A program made the translations under genes and the position numbers. From Dicyema japonicum (taxonomy: Eukaryota; Animalia; Dicyemida), in NCBI GenBank assembly GCA_011109175.1, contig RDEW01000018.1, forward strand, positions 820,510-884,509: DNA of 64,000 nucleotides, written 5' to 3'. Every line of letters starts with the position of its first letter. The first letter of the stretch is position 1. Below are positions 50,171-60,766 of the stretch, piece after piece. Below the pieces are notes generated by a model that did no database searches, was not told the DNA's origin, and was given only the letters and a program-made list of their open reading frames with translations.

Positions 50171-50851
50171 ATCAAAAGTTACTCCCAGTATCTTCTCAAA
50201 AATTAATTATTATTTCTCTCTCTCATCATAAAATTAATTATTATTTTCTAGAAATCAATTTTTTTATTTTACTTTTTTTTATTTGATATATTTAAACTTT
50301 GTAGAATTATTCTATTTTATTTTCTTTTTTTATCAAAATTCTTTAAACAACTAATTTGGTTAGAAAAAATAAATGAGACTTATATTAAATAAAAAATTAA
50401 AAAATAAGTCAAATATTCATATTGCGTTCACAAATGTATGAAAATTAAAAAATCATTCCTTTAATCAATCTACGAAACGCTAAGATTTTGCTAATAAAAA
50501 CACTTCTTGATGTTAGCCTTAGTCTGTTTAATTTGTGCAAGTAAAAGTACATTTGACAGAAAATTAATTATATAAAATAAATACGTCATATACAGTCTAC
50601 AAATAAAATTATTTAATGAAAGATAGTTTAATATAAAAAATATAAATTGCACTTTTAAATAAAAAATTGTAAAAATAGGTTAAATATTCATATTGCGTTC
50701 ACAAAAGTATGAAAACCAAAAAATTCTCATTCTAAATTTTAGACAATTAATATGGTTACTAAGAACCCTTCGGGATTTCTTTAAATTGCCTAGGTCAGAA
50801 CAATGTATTCAATTATAGTGCTTTAAAAAAAAATTAAAAAAAATTAGGACT

Positions 50852-51928
50852 TCATGTAAAGTGTTTAATTAAATATTTTATAGGACGATAGAATATTGCG
50901 GCGTCAAGCGATTTGAAATTCTCAACGGAAAAGTCAGATATAAATTTTTCTGTTTCTTCTCTGTATGAATCCCATTTTGCACGGTTGTAATTCGTTATAG
51001 TTTTCCGATGCATAACAATAGGTGAGAGTAGTTCGATTGACAGTAGAATTGGATTATGGTCCGAGTGTAGGTCATATACAGTTCTCCAAGATATCGCCGA
51101 AGATAGTGATGGCAAACATAGTGTGAGGTCGGGTGATGTATTAGAGTCTCCAGGTTTGGAAGCTGTTCGAGTGTGTGATTTCCTGTCATTGAGGATAACT
51201 AATTGTTCTAGTTGAGAGAGGACCTGAAACCACCTCTCATTACTCTTTTGGCCGATTAGCCAGAGAGGATCTTTTACATTTAGGTCTCCGCAGATTATCA
51301 CATTTTCAATATTTTGCAATTCGGTTAGTTTTGGGGAGTAATGTTTCATACTGGGACTTGGTGGCGGGATGTAAATATTTACGAATGTATACTTTGTGTA
51401 GTTTATTTTTACCAAAACGGAAGTAAGTTCGATGTGATTGTCATCTTCAAACAGAGCTCGTGTCTGAGCGAAAGTATCGGAGAATGGAATAAATTTGTGT
51501 ATGAGAACACCGCCTCTTCTGTTTGAATTCGGTCGGTCACGGCAGACAATTGAGTAGTTTTTGTAGTGTGGAAGCACTGACTTTCTTGATAGTTTCGTTT
51601 CCTGTAGCAAGGCAATATCAATTTTGTGGGAAGTTAGAAATGCAAAACGTTCATTTGATTTGTGTATGAGGCCGTTTATGTTGAATTGCATGATATTAAG
51701 GAATTTCCCGTTTTTATGCCCGGGGTTCTGTTCGATGTTTCCAGCTAGGATTAGGAGTAGCCAATCCGATCTTTGGGAGCAAAAGCTACGCGCCTGCTCA
51801 ACAGCCGCCATCATCCAGCCCGACTTCCCATAAGTCGTTGATAAGGTTGACAGGAAAATAGTATTGGTTCTTATAGTTGCCAGTTTGATACAGGCATCCA
51901 ATTTTCCCCACGTGAAGGTGAACCACAT
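50852..51928 (-). CDS. LINE ORF N-terminus: leader, 2A-like peptide, APE endonuclease (358 aa)
   Basis: WLLLILAGNIEQNPG, then QFNINGL, LLQETKL, RRGGV, NIYIPP, GDLN, LND, SPDLTL, SDHNPI. Confidence 0.88.
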   Translation of the reverse strand: MWFTFTWGKLDACIKLATIRTNTIFLSTLSTTYGKSGWMMAAVEQARSFCSQRSDWLLLILAGNIEQNPGHKNGKFLNIMQFNINGLIHKSNERFAFLTSHKIDIALLQETKLSRKSVLPHYKNYSIVCRDRPNSNRRGGVLIHKFIPFSDTFAQTRALFEDDNHIELTSVLVKINYTKYTFVNIYIPPPSPSMKHYSPKLTELQNIENVIICGDLNVKDPLWLIGQKSNERWFQVLSQLEQLVILNDRKSHTRTASKPGDSNTSPDLTLCLPSLSSAISWRTVYDLHSDHNPILLSIELLSPIVMHRKTITNYNRAKWDSYREETEKFISDFSVENFKSLDAAIFYRPIKYLIKHFT

Positions 51929-51936
51929 CGAAAATT
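51865..51936 (-). ncRNA. HDV-like ribozyme candidate (canonical type I), best example
   Basis: P1 AAUUUUC/GAAAAUU, P2 UGGUUC/GAACCA, P3 ACC/GGG, L3 UUCACGU, J1/4 GG, P4 UGCC/GGCA, J4/2 ACUAUAA with C at 51876. Confidence 0.75.
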
Positions 51937-52146
51937 TCTAGACAGCCGGTGAAAAGATTTCTTGGAAGAAGCTAGAAAAGCATGAAAGGTTATCAGTGGC
52001 ATAGATGAGGGAATTCTATATGAGAGAAATTAAATTAATTAAAATTCTTTTCCAAAATAGGTATTTTTAATATTCTAATAATTATTTTTAATGTTTTAAT
52101 AATATTATTTAAAATAATAATAATAAAGATCGTTTGCTGTTGCGTG

Positions 52147-52823
52147 ATGAAGTTATCATTAGAGAATCGAGACAAAATAAAAGTAATTTAATATAATAAA
52201 ATAGACATTAATAAAAGATAAATTAATAGAAATAAATGCATATGTGGGTTAGTATAATGTAATAATAAAAGATGATGAATTACCAGAATATATAGTTGTG
52301 CTGTCAAATCATAATAAATCTCGAAGTAGTATGATAGATGACTTAAAGCTATTTTTGGGGAGAAATACAGAAAAATTTGTAGATTGGTAAGTAAAGTGAT
52401 GATGATTAAGGTTAATGGAAGTGGAAGGTAGTGAATCTGATGTTGAAATGCCAGAATGTAAAGGAGATTGTAGAGTAGTAATAAACAGAAGAACATTTGA
52501 TGATAACCCTGGGATTAGTGTAACATTTAGAATGAAAGAACGTTGTAAGTATTGGCCATTATGTAAGAATGGAGAGTCATGCAAATACCATCATCCAAGT
52601 AAATATTGCAAGTATTAATGAATATTTATAGTAGAGTATTCCCTAATTGTAAATTTGGTGATAAATGTAATTACATTCACCCAAATTGTGTTTTTAATGC
52701 TTTTTGTACTCGTCCTGATTGTCCTTACACACATACTAAATGTTATATTTTTATTTATTTTTAGCAAGAAAATGTAGATTTGGTAATAATTGTAATAATA
52801 ATTATTGTAAATTTATTCATTAA
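52147..52823 (+). CDS. ZC3H14: Nab2/ZC3H14 poly(A)-binding protein, miniaturised (186 aa; 5 introns of 22-24 nt)
   Basis: PWI-like AYVDDELPEYIVVL...DLKLFLGRNTEKFVDWL; ERCKYWPLCKNGESCKYHHP..CKVFPNCKFGDKC.YIHP and two further CCCH fingers. Confidence 0.93.
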
Positions 52824-53292
52824 TAATATTTCTTGGTACCTTAATTAATAATAATAATAACTATAAAATATATTCCATCATCTAATAACTTGATAGCCAC
52901 TTCATATGATGGTAAATCATCAGGATTGTCCATTATTATTGCCGATGTAAATGATGGAGGCAATGTATTCCTTGACCTAATATGTTATAATATTATTTAC
53001 AATACTGCACGTGCTATATTTGTTATATTCTAACATTTATATTATTATTACATTATTTCTCAATATATTCTTGTATTTATAATAATAATTTATTGATGAT
53101 GACGAAAATATTACTGCAAATACTAACATTACAAATGAGGCGTATGATTTTTTATCATCGGCTTTGTTCATTACACTTCCTTCTAGTATATATTATTATT
53201 ATACCAAATAATGTAAAACCTGATACTCCACAACATATAAATAATACAAATGAAATTATTGATATTAACAAGTAACGTAATTCTAATGACAT
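52813..53292 (-). CDS. Small orphan two-TM protein with C-terminal PPSF/LPSY motifs
   Basis: Spliced frame MSLELRYLLISIISFVLFICCGVSGFTLF...FVMLVFAVIFSS...LPPSF...DLPSYEVAI...; ~22-nt GT-AG introns. Confidence 0.65.
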
Positions 53293-53399
53293 TATTATTT
53301 TAAATTTTTTTTTAATTTAAATAAATGATTATTATTTTTATTTATTATTAAACAATTTTATTATTTTACTTTTATTTGTTAGCAACTAAATTCATTATG

Positions 53400-53590
53400 A
53401 TACACATAAACCGTGGAACGCGCCGTCGTGAACGAAGATCCAGTCATTCGACCGACACGTGCTTGTGTGGGGTCGAGGGAGGAACACCGGGCCAAGTTGA
53501 GGTCTCTGCTAGAGCGTGCTGCGATCACCTGATTAGTTAGATGTGTAATGGTGGTCTCTGGTGTTATTATTATTATTATTATTATTAAGT
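53400..53590 (+). mobile_element. 3' stub of an Ingi/Vingi-like LINE with (TAT)n tail
   Basis: AAIT-stop at 53518-53532, followed by (TAT)n. Confidence 0.55.
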
Positions 53591-53814
53591 GCTCTAATTT
53601 GCAAGTCCTGGTTCTTTCCATTGGATAGTGAATTGTAAGACGCAGACGATCTAGACAGCCGGTGAAAACTCGACGTCTCGAGAAGAGCGTAAAGGAATCT
53701 AGCAGTACAAATAAACTAGAGGCTGACACAAGTTATCTAGAGGCTTTCTTTTTACGAATTTTCATAATGAATTAAAAGATTATTTTATAATTCGTTTAAA
53801 AAAATTATTAACGA

Positions 53815-56400
53815 AAGAAACAAATGTTAGTTGAGGAAGCCGGCTGCATGGATAGCGAACGAGTTCCCTCGGAGTATGGCCATTCCAATCTTTTGTCTCA
53901 GTCATAACGCTTCTCGTCGATCCCTTTTTTCTTTGGCAAGCATTCCTACGAGTTCATGTAAGAACTCAACCGTAACAGGAGTAAATCGATAGTGGTCCCG
54001 AGGGTATATATTTCTTGGTTTTCGAGTTTTCTGCGGTCGAAGCAGCTGCTCCAGGTGTCTGAGCCGATTTGAAAAGATTCGTGCTTGAAAATGTGTCACA
54101 AGTTACGTCCCAGACCAAAGATCTTCCGGATGTGTAGGGGAAAAGGGTGATCCCATCAGGTCTCTTTCCATCTCCTCGATCGAGACCCACTGGTTCAAGC
54201 TGTAGCATTCAGAGCTCTGACGATCACATCGTTCAAAGCAGCGTGACGTGGTCCTCTTCCAGCGCTTCTTCTGCAGGACAGCAGGTGCAATCCCTTCGCA
54301 TCGACTGTTTTCCCGCATCGGCATCGGTGCTCCTGGCAAACGTCTAGTCCTTGCCTTTGTCAGATTCCATTCCTCAAAGAATCGTCCTCCAAAAAATCTC
54401 TAGGTTTGGCAGTTTGAGAAAGACGACAGATATGCGGGTACGCAACCTTCAGCGCCGATCTTAGACCGACACCCCCAAATCCAGAAAAAAAATTTACATT
54501 AATTCCAATCAAGTTCGTTAAAGCGGACGTTAATTAGTGACTCAACAGTTTGTTTGAGAAATTTGTCTATCGAAAGTAGACTGTCGTATTGTTCGTAGCT
54601 GGGTGAACATCGTAGTAGATATAAAAGCTTTGGTAGTAGGATTTTGTTCCTCATCAGGAAGAAGGATGTGTGAGAGTCGAGACATGACAATCTTTTTTGC
54701 AAGGCGTGTTAATTCTTCATTTTTGGAAAGCAGATAGTTCTTGGGTTTCTCTTCGCTGAGTGAGCATCCAAGGAAATATAATTTGTCAACTGGTACAGTC
54801 GGGATCCCAGGAAGCAGTTTGTTAAAAGACTCCTTGATAGAGAGAAAGTCGGTGTTTAGAAATGAGACATTTATTAGCTTTGATTTGTTAACATTGATGT
54901 CAAAACCCAAGAGTTTTAAAGCGGGTTACGTAGTGAATTGTACGTTTCCTTGAATGATCCTCCGATTGTGGCATCGTCGAGATACAAGAGATTCACAACT
55001 TCATAAATGGTCAGGGCAAATAAGAGAGGTCCAAGCAGATCTCCTTGTTGGATCCCCGTTTTTGATTTAATAATTTCATTTTCAAAAACCAGAGACGTAT
55101 CTTCTCCATGGGATAATTTGACAAGAGGAAAAAGCTCTCGCGCCCTCTTCCAACACGTTTTTATAATTTTATCTCTTCTGATAGAATTGAATGCATTCTT
55201 TATGTCCAACTTAATTTCAATGCATTCATTTGAAATATTTCTCTGTGTGAAAAACGCCTTGCTGTATGAACCGCAGCCTCACATCCGTTTTGGCTGATAA
55301 CACCCATTTGTTTTGGAAAGAACTCTCTCCAAGTTGTCGGCTCTACAGTGTCGATGCTACTTTTGCTGCAAGTCTTTTGAAATAATTCTTGACCGCAATG
55401 GGGCGGATTCCCCCATTAGATTTTTTGAAAGCAAGTAGCCTTGCGGAGAAGAGCAATTCTCTGGAATATTCTGGGATGTCGTTGATAACCAGTTTTCTGA
55501 TTAGGTCCGTAATTGATTTGAATAGACGTCCTGCTTCCGATGTGTAAGTGGACGTAAGGTCTTTAATATGTCCAGGACGTAACCCTTCCAAGCCTCCGCC
55601 GCTGCTAGCGGCGGAGGAAGCTACTTCGGAATCGGTCATGATAATCTCTGGGGTTCCTCCAGGATTCAAAAACTTTTCATAGTCAGTCGGTGCATCTGGA
55701 TGCTTCAGTATTAAGGTGTTCAGGACCTCGGGGGTACAAGGCAATACTATGTCATCGGACGTGATAACCCGTAAGGCTGCCCGCACATCGCCCTCCAGAA
55801 GTTTACGTTTACTCTCTCTTTTAGTTTGTTGGGGACATCTTTGATGTATGCTCCTCTGGTTTCGACTTCATTGACATTAAGTGACTGTCCAAGTATTGCG
55901 TGTATGTTATGACTGCTAAAATTCATTATGTTTAGTTTCAGTTTCCCTGATAAGTTGAACCGGGAGTTTGTTTCTTTATTATTGTCCTCAGATTCCGTTG
56001 TAGGTACAAGTGCAACACATAATTTTTAATCAGGATTCCCAACTGTCAGAGGACAGTGCGTGATCAATGGCATCTGAAAGACACGTTGATGCTGCAATTT
56101 GTACTTTTTTAGGGATTTTTAATAAAATCTTTTTGGCTTTCTGGTGGTTCGAGATCTTCAAGAGAGTGTGGTCAGTATGTGGCAGTGTAAAGTTTGGTTG
56201 AGCTATTTTTTCCCGCTTGGGGACCTCCTTTACAGTACAAGAGGGCCACAGCCAACTCGACAGCGTCTCGGCGCAAACTTTACTCATTTTTATGCAGCCC
56301 AAATGGATGAATAATTTACATGGCGTGCAATTAATTCCAAATTTCCTGATATTCGATTGTCCACATAAGAGACATGAGTTGTCCTTACTGGCTTTGTTCC
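53815..56400 (-). mobile_element. CRE family 2, near full-length, decayed (PHD-RT-REL)
   Basis: CLLC...CTPC....HLGC...W (PHD); KSNGGIRPIAV, DIKNAFNSIRR, GIQQGDLLGPLLF, YLDD, DGKRPDGITL, WDVTC. Confidence 0.88.
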
Positions 56401-56634
56401 TCGTACTTCGTCTCTTTTTTGTTCTTTATATCTATCTGAGACGATCACACCACAGCACACGTTTTTTCAAAGAAATATTTTCTAATCTTTATTTCCATTT
56501 TGCGACATTGACCAGCTAATAACATAAAAAATAAAATTTTTCCAAAGACGAAATGTAAAACCAAACTAACTAACTTCTCGATCCTGACGCGTTCCAGCGA
56601 TATCAGAACTAGTCCTCCAATAAAAAAAATAGTT

Positions 56635-56696
56635 GGATCCTTTTTATGCCGACCAGGCATTAGGCGTCTCTTTAGTAAGGTGGATTCAATGAAGCC
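56635..56696 (-). ncRNA. HDV-like pseudoknot candidate (variant type II) upstream of CRE family 2
   Basis: P1 GGCUUC/GACGCC, P2 GAAUCC/GGAUCC, ACC, P4 AUGCC/GGCAU, J4/2 AAAAA. Confidence 0.55.
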
Positions 56697-56758
56697 ATAT
56701 AGCACCACATGGCCACACGCGGCTAGTTAGAATAGTATTTTTCTGAAAAATTATGAAC

Positions 56759-58300
56759 GCGTCATGTGGTTTGCCATATCTTAGTTGCGCATATTGTGGA
56801 ATCTACTTAAAAAACAAAAAGGACCCTTTTATTCCTTAAATCCAAGAAGATTGTTTTTCCTGGATGGCCGCCTTACTGGTCTGCCTTACCCTACTTGCTC
56901 AAAGCCCGACTGATGCTCCCCGGAGATATAAATCCAAATCCCGAGCCATGAAAAGCCCTTGTCCTTTTACAGCTAAACATAAACGGAATAACAGGGAAAG
57001 TCCTTGAAATCAGGGACCTTCTGAAAAAACAAAACATAGACTTTCCCTTACTTCAAAAAACAAAACTGTCTTCTCCACACTCACCCCAGCCTTTTCAGGC
57101 TACAACATTATTCGACGTGACCGCCCTTCTGGCCGCGGTGGTGGAATCATTACACTTATCAAGAAGGAAATCTCCTTCACGGAAAAAATACACATCCACT
57201 TTCCCTTTCCCGTTGAATACATCACAATTTTAACAAAGATTGGATCCATCACAGTATTAAACAAGTATGTACTCCCTCCCACTGCTTGCCCCAAAGGATT
57301 CAGTTTCTCATTGCCAGATGTCGATTATACCAATAACCTGTTATTATATGGAGACTTGAACGAAAGCATTCGATGTGGTTCAAAAACCAGCCGAGAGAAG
57401 CCAGAGTTTAATTATCTTGTGTTATTAAAAAACCCTATATTTAATACAATAACTTCTTAAGAGCAAACGACAAAACATCCTGCTCGACCTGATGTATGCT
57501 TCCACAAAAATTGTCTCTCTAACCAATTGGTCAGTGTCTTACAATACTACCAGTGACCCCAACCCCATTATCACTACCTTCAAAAAAAGACTGTTTCTCT
57601 AAAGAAAGTTTATGTTACTGCCAGGCTACAAAAACGTCGACTAGAGATTGTTTTTATACTTCGTAGACTACAAATTGTGTGGTTGTATTCTAACAACTTC
57701 AACGTCCTCGACAACGCAGTAAACTACTCCAATGGTGTAGTGCGTGAATGTGTGAGAATTTTCATCAAAAGGAAGTCAATCCATTTTACGAAGAAGCCTT
57801 CCCATGCATCCGATTCATTTACGAAAGAAAGAAATTGTTTAAAAACCTACATATTCAATCTTAGGAAACCAGGATGAGGATTCTAGCCTTGGAGAGAGAT
57901 CAGAAATAAGGCAAGATGAAACAGAAGAGAGTCTCGAATAGCTTCATGTCCACCCTAAGCCTTTTACAAAACTATTTCTATTTTGTGTGCATCTTCAAAA
58001 AACTGGAAAAACTCATTCTCGATAAGATTAAACCTTAACTCTGGGACGTATCTTCCAACATGGTTTTAAGAAGGCTCATTCCACAACTACTCACCTAACA
58101 CGCTTGACAAAATTTATCAAAGAGGGCCTACTATGCAAACTTCGGTATCAAAAGATTTGTTCTATTGACATACAGAAGGTTTTTGACTCGATTCCGAGGA
58201 AATTACTAACTATGAAGATTTTTGACTGAAACATTCCAAACAATTTGAAAATTTGACTTGCAGCCACTGAAAAATCGCAATCTCGAAAAAAACGTAAATA
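56759..58300 (+). mobile_element. Decayed 5' half of a 2A-APE-RT LINE with a degenerate type II fold at 56759-56815
   Basis: GCGTCATGTGG start; ARLMLPGDINPNPEP; LQLNINGI, RGGGI, YVLP, YGDLN; later HGFK...STT, DIQKVFDS. Confidence 0.75.
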
Positions 58301-60056
58301 AATCAAACAGGAAAAATAATCTAGAGGATTGCACAAGCTACGGGAAAAACATAATTTTCTTTTTGCGAATGTCACTAATGAATGTTAACAACTAAAATAG
58401 GTCAATTATGTCGGTTAAATTTAACATAATCTAAAAATACACATAAAAAATATTGAAAAGGTCCACTTAAGTATTAAAAGAAAATAATCGAATAACAACA
58501 AAAAGAATCAAATAATTATAGACCAATTAACAGAATTCCACCATTTATTCAGCAATGTGACTAAAATTTATTCAGTTTTGTCAATCCTTTTGAATTATGA
58601 CAGTGGAAAATCACAATTATCTAAAACAATCATGATGTTAAATCAATGAAAATAAAGATCAGTATTGTTTTTAAAACTTGTACGTCAAGGATTGGCTTTT
58701 TGGTGGAAGTAAGATTTTCGGAACTGTTTTTTGGAAGTCACTAGATGTTCTACGGATGTGCCTAAGGTTAGTGGATTTTAGTCGTAGGAAAGTTGAGTGA
58801 TTGTAGAAAATAATGTAATTTTTCATTTCGATGTGATCACACGATGACAGAATCTTAGTTTCTTAGTATTGGTAGTCAATAATAAATTTTAAACAGTCCG
58901 TTATAGTTCAAAAAAACTGAGTTTGAATATATTGTATCTTTTGATTTTGTCGAAAAAGACATGACGATCGAGTGAGTAATATTGGGGAGGCATAATTAAG
59001 AGTCATCATGATAAATTGCTTCTATAAGAGACATACTTTTTTTTCGTTATGTTTTAGTGGAGATTTTGGATGCTGAGACAGCAGACGGGGCGAAAACAAT
59101 TTTTGGATGTTTTCATTAAGAAATTTGTTAAAATTTAAAATAATAATAAATTAAGCAATATCGATATTGATGTTAGTTGTTTTATGAAATAATAGAAAGT
59201 TTTTGGAATTCTTTCTCTCGAGGGAAATACTTGATTTGTGAAAGGGCTTCACCGACATCTAACCCCAGTAGAGACTTCCTGGTTCTGTGTAGAAACCTGA
59301 GAATGCTATCCGAACTTTCGAGAATTTCAAAATAAGAAATTATGATAACCTCTCAACAATATTCTATGTACAACCCGTAGTCGTCGAGACGAGCTGAGTT
59401 TTTGGACCCATGAAGGTCTCTTGGGTCCATGATAACGAAAGCGTATAGCAAACTTTAGGAAACCGAATGAGTGTTCCATTGGATTTCTCTAGCGGTTGCC
59501 AGGGGAAACAGCCACTCAATTACCTCAAATTGATTACTTTGATTTTTTTGTTACATAAAAAATATTTTTGTTAAAAATAGAAAGTTAGTGATGTGTTCGT
59601 TGTGATAGTATTGCAGTTAACATGTTTTGTTTTTGGTCTTTGGTAAATAAGGTATTGAGGACTTCAATGAGAACAACAAATTTGAAGCCATTCAATCGGA
59701 TTTAGGTTTTGTGAATATTTTCTGAATCAATTTGAATGCCCTTTTCTAGGCCAGATAGTCATTAAACAAATTATTATTGTTATTCCCAGGATCACTGGGT
59801 CAAAGATATAGAAATAAAAGTTCTCATCTAACTAAGTGACCCCAGACCGACAAAGGAGAGGACGAGTCAGCGGGGTCGAGAATCCTGAACAGCTCTTCTA
59901 ATTGGACATGGTATCAGCTCAAAATTTCTATATGATTGTAGATATTTTGATAGTGTAACAAATCAAAACAAATGCAAAAGTAGAAAATGGAGATAATATT
60001 GAGTTGAAAAAAATATATATAATTATTATAAATTAATAAATAAAATTAAATAATAA

Positions 60057-60766
60057 ATGGGTTCTTTACTATCACGTGGTAAACCAAAGAAGCAGAGTAA
60101 CAGAGAACGACAAAATAATACTAGTAATAAACAAAAATATATTGTAGCAATTAAAAAGACAGAGGGATGAATTAATACAATATAAAAGCAAATTAATAAT
60201 GACAAATGAAAGTCACATATCACTTGCAATAAGGTTGATTAAATCAGGGAATTTAAAGTACAATTAATAATAATATTGTCGTGCAAAACTAATTATTATG
60301 AAGAAAAAGAGATCTGAAAAAATGATTGAGAGAACTCAAATCAATTTGGATAATATAGAAGAACTTGTAAAATAAATAAAATAATAGACACGACAAATTG
60401 AAGATAAACAGATTCAGATTCGTATAATTGATTGTCTCAAGAATGGTAATGAAACATTAAAACAGTTAAATAATGTAAAATTATAAATATATTTAAGTTA
60501 TTCTCAATACAAGATATTGAAAATATAATGTCAGATACAAAGGAGGCAGCTGACAAAGAGAATGTATAATAATTTTATTTATATTAGGAAATTACTTCAC
60601 TATTACAGATATTACCTATTGATGATGATGTCGAGGATGAATTTAATTTATTATTTTCTGATCAGGTTTATCATTATTACTATTATAGAATATTCCATTA
60701 CCTAATCTTCCTTCATTTAATCCTCAGGGTTTATCACCTAATGACAAAGTTATCATTTATGAATAA
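60057..60766 (+). CDS. CHMP6: ESCRT-III subunit CHMP6/VPS20 (one apparent frameshift near 60085)
   Basis: MG N-terminus, SRVTENDKIILQLKRQRDEL.QY.K, GNETLKQLN..SI.DIENIM.DTKEA, acidic DDDVEDEF, LP.LP tail. Confidence 0.9.

Noticed and set aside
59380-59450. Strong hairpin GGACCCA/TGGGTCC followed by CGAAA
   Set aside because: No CUGANGA core in the right position, single copy, no supporting context.
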